The position numbers were made by a program, and so were the translations under genes. From Candidatus Latescibacterota bacterium (GTDB taxonomy: Bacteria > Latescibacterota > UBA2968 > UBA8231): 64,000 nt of DNA. This document shows positions 21,775-32,500 of the stretch, one piece after another (position 1 is the stretch's first letter; each line of letters begins with the position of its first letter). Location: positions 1,408,001-1,472,000 of the forward strand of contig CBDCXV010000011.1 of assembly GCA_965223905.1 (NCBI GenBank), written 5' to 3'. The notes under the pieces were generated by a model. That model searched no databases. It was not told the DNA's origin and was given only the letters and a program-made list of their open reading frames with translations.

Positions 21775-24700
21775 ATGTACCGGAACTGGTTGTTCGGAGC
21801 CGTCGCCGCAAGCGCCATCCTGCCGACGGACGGAGGGGCAGGTGAAGATTTCCTGGGCGGCAACGGCGGTTTCGAGCTGGGCGATTTCAGCTCCTGGACG
21901 GTCGTCAGCGGCCAGGGGTGGGACGTGGTGGAGTTCGATCATCCCGGCAAGAGCGGGCGCTTCTACGCCACGACCTGCAACGAGATATGGCCGGGCGACG
22001 GCGGCTGCAAGAACGGCAACGGCGAGCGCGACACCGGTGTGCTATCCTCCGCGGTCTTCACCGCTCCGGGGGGATTCCTCGAGTTCAGGATCTCGGGGTT
22101 CAACGGCCCCTCCTGCGACAACGACCTCAGCCACATCTCGCTCAGAAAAGCTTCCAACCACGAGGAGCTTCGGAAAGAGCTGCTTCCCTGCCAGAACCCC
22201 TTCAAGCGGCACCGCTGGAGCCTCGAGGACCTCGCCGGGGTGGAGGTCTATGTCCGGGTAGAGGACGCCGATGCCCAGTCCGGGTGGGCGTGGATCGCAG
22301 TGGACGGATTCCGGTTGACGAGCGAACCGCCGGACAGCCTCGCCCCGGCCGCTTCGGACAGCGCCCTTGCCCTTGCCGATCTCCAGACAGACGGGATCAC
22401 CTTCACCTCGCGTCCCGACGGCTGGCAGGGGATCTACACCATCGAGGACGGCGAGGTGAGGCCCGCTGTCCCCCACGTGGACTGGAAACTCTGGAACCCC
22501 TCCTGGTCGCCGGACGGACGGGCGCTGGCCGCGGTGTCCAATCGCTTCACGTCGAACCTGGAGATATACCTGTTCTTTTTCGACCCCGACGGCGGCGCCG
22601 CGGGGTACCGGGCTCTGACGAACCACCGCGGGGCGGACCACCAGCCTGCCTGGTCTCCGGACGGTGCTCGGATCGCCTTCGTTTCGGACCGCACCGGGGA
22701 GGGAGATCTGTACCTGGTTCCCGCCACGGGGGGCGATCCGGTTCGGCTGACTCAGGGAGCGCCGGCCTCGCATCCCAGCTGGTCGCCCGACGGCGAGCGC
22801 ATCGCCTTCTCACAGGAAGGGGACATCCGCTCCGTCGACCCCCTCACCGGAGCGGTCGCCGTGCTCTCCGACGCCCCGGAATGGGAAGCGTACCCCGCAT
22901 GGTCTCCCGGCGGAGGCCGGATCGCCTTCTCCGCCGACGGGGAGCTCGCGATCCTCGACCTGCAACAGGGAACCCGCCGCCGGATCACCCGCGGCTACTC
23001 CCACGTAGCCTTTCCGTCCTGGTCGCCGGACCAGGCCTTCATCGCCTTCTCTTCGTACCGAGAGGGCGCTTCGGATATCTATCTGGTTGAAATCGCCTCG
23101 GAGCGCATCGCCCGGATCACCCATGCCCGCGACACCTGGGGCAACAGGGAACCGGTCTGGGTTCCCGAAGACCTTGCGGCTTCCGCTCCACCAGTAAGGG
23201 TGCCGCCTCGCCATGGCAGCAGAACGAAAGTCGAGGCGACCCTCCTGGGGGATGGGGCGGCCGGGCTGACTCTCGAGTTCACCCTCGCCATCGCCGGCCG
23301 TCCCGCCGACTACGCCTGGAGCGCGGTCACCGACTCGAACGGCCGCGGGGAGCTGACCATTTCCAGCGCCAAAAGAGTGACCGGCTTCTACCACGCCCGC
23401 GCCCGCAACATGGCGGGAGAGGTGGTGGGCAGGTGGCTCGGCATTCCCCTGAACGAAGGGCGCCGCCAGGTTCTGGAGCTGACTCTAGGAGGCGGGGTAC
23501 GGGTGGTGGCGGTTGAACGGCTCAAGCCCGCGAGAGAAGAGGTGCCGCGGAAGCAGCCCGGACTGGTTGCCCACTACCCCTTCGACGGAGATGCCCGCGA
23601 CGCCAGCGGCAACGGCTACCACGGCACCATGAGGGGCCCCGTGCCCACCCGGGACCGCTCAGGCAACGATGGCGGCGCCGTTCTGTTCTACGAAACCGAC
23701 CACCGCATCGACCTTCCGCACCAGGTGCTCGACGGCCTGTTCGACGTCACCGTCTCCTTCTGGCTGAAGACCTCCAAGTCCGGAGCCCAGACGATCCTCA
23801 GCGGCGCCAACCAGAGCAACGACAACGAGCACATCGTCTTTTTCATCAGCGAAAGCCGGTTCCGCTTCTACTCGCATGGCAGGGCAAGACAGGACCAGCC
23901 CTGGTGCGACGTCGACCTCCAGCCGATCGACGACGGCGCCTGGCATCACTTCGCCGTGGTCCGCAATACCTCGGAGGGCAACGCCGACTTCTTCGTCGAC
24001 GGCGTCGGCTATACCGATCAATGCGGATACTTGGAGTACGGGAGGCTCGTCATCGATGCGGGAGGGCTCATCCTCGGCCAGGACCAGGACCGGTTGGGCG
24101 GGGGGTTCGACTCCAGCCAGGTTCTCAGGGGCATTCTGGACGACCTCAGGATTTACGCCAGGACGCTGTCGGCCGCCGACGTGCAGGCACTTATGGGGGA
24201 AAGCGCACCCCCCGAGGCCGTGAAGGAAGAGGTGCCCCGGGAGCCCGAATTGGTTGCTCACTACCCATTTGACGGAGGTGCCCGCGACGCCAGCGGCAAC
24301 GGCTACCACGGCGACATGATTGGCCCCGTGCCCACGCCGGACCGCTTCGGCAAGGAAGACGGGGCCGTGCTTTTCTCTGGAAGCGACCACCGCATCGACC
24401 TTCCGCACCAGGCGCTCGACGGCCTGTTCGACGTCACCATTTCCTTCTGGCTGAAGACCACCAAGTCCGGAGCGCAGTCCATCGTCAGCGGCGCCAACCG
24501 GAGCAACGACAACGAGCACATCGTCTATTTCCGGAACGAAAGCCAGATCCGCTTCTTCTCCCATGGCAGGGCCGACCCGAACCTGCCTGATTGTGACGTC
24601 GATATCCAGCCGATCAACGACGGCGCCTGGCATCACTTCGCGGTGGTCCGCAACGCCTCGGAGGGCAACGCCGACTTCTACTTGGACGGATTCGGCTATC

Positions 24701-25212
24701 TGGATCGCTGCGGAAACCTGGAATACCGAACGCTCCGGATCGATGCCGGAGGGCTCATCCTCGGCCAGGAGCAGGACCGGTTGGGCGGAAAGTTCGACGC
24801 CACCCAGGTTCTCAGAGGCGCGCTGGACGACCTCAGGATCTACGGCTGGGCGCTGTCGACCGCCGAGGTGCAGGCCCTCATGGATGAAAGCGCACCCGCC
24901 GCGGGCGGACAGGTGGCGTCCCATTACCTGCCGGCTTCCATCGGCCTGGAGCCCAGCTTTCCCAACCCCTTCAACAGCTCCACGCAGATCCCCTACCGCC
25001 TGGCCGGCCCAGGCCGGGTGCGACTGGAGATCTACAACGTCCTAGGCCAGCTGGTGCGCACCCTGGTGGACGAGGACCGGCCCGCCGGCTCCCACCAGGC
25101 CGGCTGGGACGCCCGCGATGGGCATGGCGCACCGATGGCCGCGGGGGTCTACCTGGCGCGCCTGCAGTACCCAGGCGGAGTGGAGACGCGGCGGCTCCTC
25201 TATCTCGAGTAA
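21775..25212 (+). CDS. Secreted multidomain protein: carbohydrate-binding-like N-terminus, TolB/PD40 propeller, two LamG/ConA domains, C-terminal FlgD-Ig/T9SS-like domain
   Basis: Signal-like N-terminus; repeated P(S/A)WSPDG; two LVAHYPFDG...DGAWHHFAV...LDDLRIY units; C-terminal PNPFNSSTQIPY...IYNVLGQLVRTLV...WDARD...AGVYLARL. Confidence 0.85.
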   Translation: MYRNWLFGAVAASAILPTDGGAGEDFLGGNGGFELGDFSSWTVVSGQGWDVVEFDHPGKSGRFYATTCNEIWPGDGGCKNGNGERDTGVLSSAVFTAPGGFLEFRISGFNGPSCDNDLSHISLRKASNHEELRKELLPCQNPFKRHRWSLEDLAGVEVYVRVEDADAQSGWAWIAVDGFRLTSEPPDSLAPAASDSALALADLQTDGITFTSRPDGWQGIYTIEDGEVRPAVPHVDWKLWNPSWSPDGRALAAVSNRFTSNLEIYLFFFDPDGGAAGYRALTNHRGADHQPAWSPDGARIAFVSDRTGEGDLYLVPATGGDPVRLTQGAPASHPSWSPDGERIAFSQEGDIRSVDPLTGAVAVLSDAPEWEAYPAWSPGGGRIAFSADGELAILDLQQGTRRRITRGYSHVAFPSWSPDQAFIAFSSYREGASDIYLVEIASERIARITHARDTWGNREPVWVPEDLAASAPPVRVPPRHGSRTKVEATLLGDGAAGLTLEFTLAIAGRPADYAWSAVTDSNGRGELTISSAKRVTGFYHARARNMAGEVVGRWLGIPLNEGRRQVLELTLGGGVRVVAVERLKPAREEVPRKQPGLVAHYPFDGDARDASGNGYHGTMRGPVPTRDRSGNDGGAVLFYETDHRIDLPHQVLDGLFDVTVSFWLKTSKSGAQTILSGANQSNDNEHIVFFISESRFRFYSHGRARQDQPWCDVDLQPIDDGAWHHFAVVRNTSEGNADFFVDGVGYTDQCGYLEYGRLVIDAGGLILGQDQDRLGGGFDSSQVLRGILDDLRIYARTLSAADVQALMGESAPPEAVKEEVPREPELVAHYPFDGGARDASGNGYHGDMIGPVPTPDRFGKEDGAVLFSGSDHRIDLPHQALDGLFDVTISFWLKTTKSGAQSIVSGANRSNDNEHIVYFRNESQIRFFSHGRADPNLPDCDVDIQPINDGAWHHFAVVRNASEGNADFYLDGFGYLDRCGNLEYRTLRIDAGGLILGQEQDRLGGKFDATQVLRGALDDLRIYGWALSTAEVQALMDESAPAAGGQVASHYLPASIGLEPSFPNPFNSSTQIPYRLAGPGRVRLEIYNVLGQLVRTLVDEDRPAGSHQAGWDARDGHGAPMAAGVYLARLQYPGGVETRRLLYLE
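23536..24897 (+). repeat. Intragenic tandem duplication (~0.69 kb unit) encoding two LamG domains
   Basis: Copies at about 23536-24210 and 24226-24897 share long identical nucleotide stretches, e.g. tgcccgcgacgccagcggcaacggctaccacggc and gaccaccgcatcgaccttccgcaccagg. Confidence 0.9.
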
Positions 25213-25522
25213 GCCACCGCGGCGCTGTCAATGTCCACACCGGCCCGGTGACCGACCTGCTGCAGGGACTGCGCCGGCAGGCACCCCGCCCTGTCCCACA
25301 AATCCACTTGCCCGCTCTCCGGCTGCCCGGTCCCGTCGAGGGCCCCGGGCCTGGCGGCGTTCCGGGAATGCCAAGTGGGTTCGGAGCGATGCACCCGGTC
25401 TGCAACACCCGCCACCGGAGGGCGTGGGGGGATCGATTTTCGAGATGGTTCCGCGGCCTCCCGCAGCTATTCGGCAGCCCCAATGCATCCCCGGCCCGCC
25501 CCTCCACCCGGCTACCGCGACC

Positions 25523-27355
25523 TCAACGCAGGCGCAAGCGGGCGAGCAGGGGGTCGTGGTCGCTTGGGGCGCCGGAGAACTCGCAGTTGAGGTGGACGAC
25601 CTCGAAGCGCGGCCCGAGGTCGTGCAGGGCGCGGCTGACCAGCATGTGATCGAGCTCCTGGGAGTTGCCTTCGAAGATGTAGGAGTAGCGCTCCGTTGCC
25701 GGCAGGCCGGCGGCGAGATTGAACAGCACCTGCGGTCCGCGGCCGTAAGTGCCATCCAGGATGGCCATGGGGGTGCCGAACCGGAACTCGTTGAAGTCGC
25801 CCAGCAGCACGATCCTCGCCTCCGGGTCGGCGGCGAGCAGCCTGTCGACGTGGGCATTGAGGAAGGCCGCCTGGGCCTCGCGCTTGTCCAGCCCTCCGAT
25901 GGATGGCGGCTGCAGCGCCCCGAACAGCGGCGACGAACCCCCCCTCGAGGTGAGGTGGTTGTTGATCAGAACGACCCGTTCGCCCGCGAACCGGAAGGTG
26001 GCCTGCAGGGGCTTGCGCGCGCGCTCGAAGGCATCCTCGCCTTCGTCGTCCTCGAGGCGGAGGGAAGGCCCCACCAGCTCCACCCTTCCGGGATTGTAGA
26101 GGAAGCAGACGCGGATGTTGCCGCCGGGCTGGCCTCCGTCCTTCCCGTCCGCGGGGGGGTTGTCGAGCGCGGAATAGGCCGGCCCGCCGGCGCCGGCAAT
26201 GGCGTCGATCAGGGTCCGCAGGGTGCGGCCGGCCGCGGTGGTGCCGTCGTCGTCCGAGCCGCTGTCGTCCTGCACCTCCTGCAGGGCGAGGATGTCCGGG
26301 CTGTTGAGGTTGGCGACGATCTGTGCGGCGAGGGCGGCGAAGCGCCCGTCCGCGATATCTGCGTCCCCGTCGCCGTCCTCGGGATCGAGGTTGAGCAGGT
26401 TGAAGGAGGCGATCATCAGGTGGCTGGCGTCCCCTGACAGGGTAGCGCTCTCCCGGACCGGGGAGCCGGAGACCGGGGTGGGCGCCGTCGCCGGCAGCAC
26501 CTCGAAATTGCCGAACCGGTAGCCGACCACCCCGGTGACGTCCCCCAGCCGGTCGCCGGTGTCGACCTCCGGCATCGACCCCGGCATCAGGCTGTCGTCG
26601 ATCTGCAGGCGCTCCGGGTTGAAGTCCCCCGGGGCAATGGTGAGGCCGCCGCGGTGGTTGCGGCCGCTGGCCCCGGCCCCGAGATCGGCGACGACGTAGA
26701 TCTCGCCGAAGCGGGTGGTCGGGGCCAGGGCTTGGGCCGCGACGATGGTCACCCGCATCCCTTCGAGGCTCTCGAAGAAGTCGATGCCGTCGGAGGCCGG
26801 GTCGAAATGTGAAAAGCCGTCGTCGTCGATGGTCTCGGTAGGAGGCCGGCGGCCTGAAGCCCCGACGAAGACCGGGTCCGGCAGCGGGTTCCCCGACGAG
26901 GCCAGGGAAACCGACGGGGACCCGCCGATCTGGGTGACCGACAGGTTGTTGGTGCGGGCCCCGCCGGGAACGTATTCCCCCACCTTCCCGGCGACCGAGA
27001 CCGCGTCCCCCGCGGCGACCCGGGGCTTCTTCCGGGTGTAGACGAAGATGCCGTCGGAGGTCCGGTCGTCCCCGTCGCCGGCGGCGTCCTGCAGGTAGAA
27101 GCCGTTGGCCGCCACGGCCGTTACGACTCCCGAGGTTCGGACCCTGGCCCCGAGGTGCGGGGAGACGTGACCTGCCCCCTGGATCTCCCAAATCGACAGC
27201 ACACCACCAAGCTTCACGGTCCTGCTGCCTGCTGCGCTCGGGGTGGACGCGGTGCGGCCGCCTGCGTCCCCGTCTTTCGCTTCCCCGTAGCCGACCGGCA
27301 GGTTCCAGCCCACCCACGCCGCGGCCAGCACCAACATCCAGATTCGTCCTGTCAC
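25523..27355 (-). CDS. Extracellular endonuclease/exonuclease/phosphatase with OB-fold (ExeM/YhcR-like)
   Basis: GTG start with GGAGG RBS and signal peptide; IWEIQG, GFYLQD...TSDGIFVY, ESLEGMRV, LALQEVQD, LGDFN, LDHMLVS, SDHDP. Confidence 0.88.
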   Translation of the reverse strand: MTGRIWMLVLAAAWVGWNLPVGYGEAKDGDAGGRTASTPSAAGSRTVKLGGVLSIWEIQGAGHVSPHLGARVRTSGVVTAVAANGFYLQDAAGDGDDRTSDGIFVYTRKKPRVAAGDAVSVAGKVGEYVPGGARTNNLSVTQIGGSPSVSLASSGNPLPDPVFVGASGRRPPTETIDDDGFSHFDPASDGIDFFESLEGMRVTIVAAQALAPTTRFGEIYVVADLGAGASGRNHRGGLTIAPGDFNPERLQIDDSLMPGSMPEVDTGDRLGDVTGVVGYRFGNFEVLPATAPTPVSGSPVRESATLSGDASHLMIASFNLLNLDPEDGDGDADIADGRFAALAAQIVANLNSPDILALQEVQDDSGSDDDGTTAAGRTLRTLIDAIAGAGGPAYSALDNPPADGKDGGQPGGNIRVCFLYNPGRVELVGPSLRLEDDEGEDAFERARKPLQATFRFAGERVVLINNHLTSRGGSSPLFGALQPPSIGGLDKREAQAAFLNAHVDRLLAADPEARIVLLGDFNEFRFGTPMAILDGTYGRGPQVLFNLAAGLPATERYSYIFEGNSQELDHMLVSRALHDLGPRFEVVHLNCEFSGAPSDHDPLLARLRLR

Positions 27356-27552
27356 ATGAGCCTCCATCTCCACAGCGGCCCCGCGCAGGAACCAAGTGGA
27401 AGAAATGGGGTCCCCCAAAGTGGCAGAATCTGGGGGCCCCAATAGATTCTTGTTCCGGTTCCAACCCGGCCTGTCGACTCGTGGGATTCATCGAGGCTGC
27501 GAACCGGGACGAATGGGAACCTCCACATCATACCCCTGAACAAGGAGAACAC

Positions 27553-29364
27553 ATGAAGATTCGATTGGCGTTGCTCGCGCTCGCGATTTCCCTCTGGTCC
27601 TGTGGAGACGATGACGACGCTCCACTGGCCGCTCCGGAAGAAACGGTTCTGCGCCCGAGTGGGGAACTGATGCCCTGGGATCTTTCCGCGGTCGTGCCGA
27701 TCGACTCGGTCCGCGCCATTCCCCCGGGCACTCCCCTGTACATGCGCACCGAGTTCGCCAACGGCGAGCTTGCCGACCTCGAGATGACCTTCGTCCAGGT
27801 GGTCGACGATTTCCTGCAGCCCATGCCGGTCATCATGGTGGAATCCTCCGATCCGGTGCTGATCCAGCTCGGTGGCATCGCCCAGGGCATGAGCGGCTCC
27901 CCCGTCTTTTCCGAGCAGGGCACCATGGGGGCCATCGCCTACGGTTTCACTGCCCAGGACAACCCGCCGTTCTACTTCTTCGCCACGCCCATAGAATGGG
28001 TGATCGGCTCGCAGGGAACGGTGCCCGCGGCCAAACCCGCGGCCACGTGGGACGGGGCCCGCATCACCCCCCTGGAGATCCCCCTGGTGAGCACGGGACT
28101 CCACGGTCCGCCGCCGGCGGGAGGGGGTTCGTTTCCCCTGGGTGAGGCGGTTTCCGCCGGTCTGACCCAGGAACGCCAGGAGAGCTTCGAAGCCGGAAGG
28201 CCCCTGGCGGTCGGTCTGCTGCTCGGTGAAATGACCGGAGGCGGGATCGGAACCATTTCGTACGTCGACGGCAACCGGATATACGGGTTTGGGCATCCCA
28301 TGTTTGGAGTCGGCCCGGTTGAGCTTCCCATAATCGAGGCAAAGGTGCTCGGTGAAATTTCCAATCTCTCGGCTCCCTTCAAGTTCGCGACCCTGAACCC
28401 GACGGTGCGGGGTACCATAACCGAAGACCGATTGCCCGCGATTCGCGGCGTGCTCGACGAGGAGCCTGAGCTGGTACCGATCAGCAGCATGTACACCTTT
28501 CCATCCGGGAGCGAGCTCGAGCTCACGCACAGGATGCCCACCGTCGGTCTCGACCCGTATACCACGCTCAGTCTCCTCACGAATGCTTCTTTCGGTCCCT
28601 TGTACAACCGGATCGAAAACGACCCGGACCACAGTGTCCGCGTTACGACGAATATCTCCTTCGCCGGCACCGACTCAGTGCTTGCCCGCACCCGCCTGTA
28701 CGCCGAGCCGGATGGACGGCTTACCTCCTTGATCGGCGCTGCCTCCGGCGATTTGTCATTCGCACTCTCCGAGCTGATGACGAGGAACGATTACGCCCTG
28801 CAGGTGGCCGAGGCCGAGGTCCACGTCGAGATGATACCGGAACCTCGCTTCGCCAAGGTGGTGGAGGTCACCGCGGACACCGTGGCCGGTCTCGGGAGCA
28901 CGCTGACCATTTCCACTTCGCTGCGCGTGGGCCGGCGCCTCGACCGGGAAGTCGGGCTGGAGCTCGCCATACCGGATACGATTCCCCCCGGTTTCTACCG
29001 GCTCGAGGTCGCTTCCGCGGCCAACCTGGTGGATGACGAGGGAGGGGATTTCGGGTTCTTCGGACCGCCGGGATTCGGTTTCGGAGACGAGGGAAAGCTC
29101 GAGGATGTTTTCGTGCGTCTGAACGAACCGGACGAAAACATCGTCCTGAAGGCCCGCCTGACATTTTCCGCGCCGCCCCCTCCCCCGGAAATACCCGAGG
29201 GGGAGGCTCCCAGCGATGTTCCCGACACTGGACTGGGCGACATCCCGTTCTTCGGAGATTTCTTTCCTCCCGACGGCTCCCTGCCGACTGTTTCCACGGA
29301 GGAAGATGTGGGGCTGTATATCGAAGGCACACAGAGCATCGAGATCCAATTGACGGTGGAGTGA
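27553..29364 (+). CDS. Lipoprotein with SpoIVB-like peptidase S55 domains
   Basis: AAGGAG RBS; lipobox LWSC; GGIAQGMSGSPV, GAIAYGF, GIGTISYVDG..IYGFGHPM, GTITEDR. Confidence 0.8.
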   Translation: MKIRLALLALAISLWSCGDDDDAPLAAPEETVLRPSGELMPWDLSAVVPIDSVRAIPPGTPLYMRTEFANGELADLEMTFVQVVDDFLQPMPVIMVESSDPVLIQLGGIAQGMSGSPVFSEQGTMGAIAYGFTAQDNPPFYFFATPIEWVIGSQGTVPAAKPAATWDGARITPLEIPLVSTGLHGPPPAGGGSFPLGEAVSAGLTQERQESFEAGRPLAVGLLLGEMTGGGIGTISYVDGNRIYGFGHPMFGVGPVELPIIEAKVLGEISNLSAPFKFATLNPTVRGTITEDRLPAIRGVLDEEPELVPISSMYTFPSGSELELTHRMPTVGLDPYTTLSLLTNASFGPLYNRIENDPDHSVRVTTNISFAGTDSVLARTRLYAEPDGRLTSLIGAASGDLSFALSELMTRNDYALQVAEAEVHVEMIPEPRFAKVVEVTADTVAGLGSTLTISTSLRVGRRLDREVGLELAIPDTIPPGFYRLEVASAANLVDDEGGDFGFFGPPGFGFGDEGKLEDVFVRLNEPDENIVLKARLTFSAPPPPPEIPEGEAPSDVPDTGLGDIPFFGDFFPPDGSLPTVSTEEDVGLYIEGTQSIEIQLTVE

Positions 29365-29564
29365 CCGCCGGAGGCACCGGGGGCGGGCGGGAAGGTTGCC
29401 AATACCTCCCGCCTGGCTCCGGGCCGTCGGCCGGCAGTTCCGGGTTGGGGAAGGATTCGAAGAGGCCCGGCGCAAATCACCGGTTTCCGGGTATCAAAGA
29501 CCCGCTTCGCGGCAGGTTCCTCACCGCCTGCCACGCTGGCTACCCTCAAGCCATCCCTGCCGAA

Positions 29565-32500
29565 CTACTGCGGCCCCGCATCCCCGAACCGGGTGCGGAT
29601 GTATTCCCTGGTGTCGTCGGGTGAGAGCTTCACGGTTCCCGGGCCGCTGCGCACGAAGAAATCGCCCCCCTCCTCCTTCTCCACCCCCTTCCACCTGAGG
29701 AACACCGGTTCCGGGCTGCGCTGGCAGCTCACCGCGCAGACCCCCTTGCCGCCGACGATCTGAATCCCCGGATCGATGCAGGTTCCGGCGCGGTCGCCGA
29801 GGCCGTTGCGCACCACCTGTGCGAGATGGCGCATGAACTTGTCGTCGTTTTCGAGCCGGTCGCGTTCGATCCCGACGACGGCCCCGTCGTCGGCCACGCC
29901 GAGCAGGAGATCCCCACCCTCGGTATTGAGGAATGCGGCGATGGTCTTGAGCGCGGCGTGGGTCACCCGTTGGTCGTCCTTGCCGTCCTCCACCAGGTTC
30001 CAGCGCAGCGTGGACTTGAACTCCAGGGTCTTCGACTCACCCCTCTGGATCAGCTCCTCGGCGCTGCGGTGGCTGTGGAGGTACTGGTCGAAGAGGAGAT
30101 CCCTGATCACCTCTCCAAAGGCCCGGTCGTCGGTGATCCGCTTGTAGAGATCGAAATTGGAATCGACGATCTCCTGGATCACCTGACTGACCTTGTGGTC
30201 GAAGGTAAGCCGCACGTTGTCGCGCGTGTTCACTCTCGCCGCGGCGTCGAGGGCGGGGTCCCCTTCGAGCTTCTCCATCATCTGGCCGAGAGTGACGCGG
30301 TGCTCGGGCCCGAGCGCGAGCCCGAAGCGCTCGTTCAGCTCGGCGATGATGCGCGAAAGCGTCTCCATCTCTTCGGGCACGTGTCCGTGCGCTTCCTTCG
30401 TGCCGATGGGGTCGAGCACCCCTGCCTTGCGCTCGAGACCGATCTTGCCGCTGGCCGTCTCCTGAATCCGGTAGGACTCCATGTCGATGTTCTGCTGCAC
30501 CTCGAGGGGCAGCTCGGCCCGCTCCGGGCGCAACAGGCGAAGCAGGTGCCTGGCGAAGACGTACAGCTTCTCCAGGTCGGAATCCGAGAAAGGCAGCACC
30601 TGGGACAGAAACGCGTAGAGCCCCACGAAGTCGGTGAGCTGCCCCCGGAAATCCTGCCGCTCTTCCTCGTGCAGCTCTTTGAAGCGCTCGACGACCGGAT
30701 TCAGCAGCGGCTGCAGCTGGTCCTGCGCAGCGGTGTCATTGAAATAGAGTCTGGCGAAGCCGTCGACGTCGGCCGGAGCAAAGACCGGGAAAGCGGTCAG
30801 ACGCGTCTGGATTTCGTAGAGCAGGTTGGGATCGGTCTCTTCCGACAGCAGGGTGGTCTCGTAAGTAGGGCTCGAAGGCGGCCTTGATCCCGTCGGCCTC
30901 GTTGGCGAAGTCGAGCACCAGGGTCCCCTGCTTTCCCGCCTTTGTGCGGTTGAGCCGCGACAGGGTCTGCACCGCGTTCACGCCGCCGAGCTTCTTGTCG
31001 ACGTACATCGTGTGCAGCAACGGCTGGTCGAACCCGGTCTGGAACTTGTTGGCGACGATCAGAAAGCGGTAGTCCGGCCCTTCGAAGGTCCTGGCGGTCT
31101 GCGCCTCGGAGACCTTGTTCATGCCCGGCTCGGTGTAGGTTTCGCCCCCATCGTTTCGCCCCCATCCTTGACGGAACCGGAGAAGGCAACCAGCGCCTTG
31201 AACGGATTCCCCAGCTCCCCGAGATGCCGGTCCACCGCCAGCTTGTAGCGCACCGCGTGCAGGCGCGAGCGGGTGACGATCATCGCCTTGGCCCTGCCGC
31301 CGATCTGGTTCTGCACCTGCCCGGTGAAGTGCTCGATCAGGATGCGCACCTTCTCGCCGATGGCGTGCGGGTGCAGGTCGACATAGGACTTTAGCAGATG
31401 GGCGGCTTTCTGCTTGTCGTAGCGCGGATCCTCCTCGACCGTCTTCCACAGCCGCCAGTAGGCCTTGCAGGTGGTGTAGCTCTCCAGGACGTCGAGGATG
31501 AACCCCTCCTCGATGGCCTGGCGCATGCTGTAGAGGTGGAACGGCGCGAACGAGCCGCCGGCGCGCTTGGTTCCGAACAGCTCCAGCGTCTTGGGCTTGG
31601 GCGTCGCCGTGAAGGCGAAGGTCGACAGATTGGGCAGCCGCCCGCGCTTCTCCATCTCGGACAGGATCGCGTTCTCGAGCTCCTCTTCGGGGGTCTCCGC
31701 CCCGGATTCCTCGCTCTCCGCCTCTTCGAGCGAAGCCGGAGCCAGCACCGACTTCAGGCTCTTGGTGCTCTCCCCCGACTGCGACGAGTGCGCCTCGTCG
31801 ACGATCAGCGCGAACCGCTTGCCCGGCAGCTCGTCGATCTGTCCGGCGATCACCGGAAACTTCTGCAGCGTGGTGACGATGATGGTCTTGCCCGCCTCGA
31901 GCGCATCCCTGAGCTGGCGCGAGGTGGTGTCGATGTTCTCCACCACCCCCAGGGTCTGCTCGAACTGGCGCATGGTGCTCTGCAGCGCGCGGTCGAGCAC
32001 GCGGCGGTCGGTGATGACCACGATCGAGTCGAAGACGCGGCGGTCGTCAGCGTCGTGCAGGGTCGAGAGCTGGTGGGCGAGCCAGGCGATGGTATAGCTC
32101 TTGCCGCTCCCGGCCGAGTGCTGGATGAGGTACTGCTGCCCCACCCCGTTCTCGCGGGCGTCGGCGACGAGCCGGCGCACGCAGTCGAGCTGCTGATAGC
32201 GCGGGAAGATCAGCGACTTCCCGCCGGTCTTGCGGCCGGTCTCGTCCTCCTCCTCGACTTCATGGATGAACTGGCGCACCAGGTCGAGCACGCTGTCGCG
32301 CGCCCAGGTCTCTTCCCAGAGATAGGAGGTGGCGTACCCGGTCTGCGTCGGCGGAACCGGCGGGTTGCCGGCGCCGCCGAACTTGCCCCGGTTGAAGGGC
32401 AGGAAGCGAGTCCCGGCACCATCGAGATGGGTGGTGACGTAGACCAGGTCCGCATCCACGGCGAAGTGCCCCAGGCAGCGGCCATAGGCCAGCAGCGGCT

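Noticed and set aside
23536-24897. LamG repeat pair as a diversity-generating retroelement template/variable repeat
   Set aside because: Differences include many C/T and synonymous changes rather than adenine-specific ones, both copies are in-frame coding, and no reverse transcriptase is present in the window
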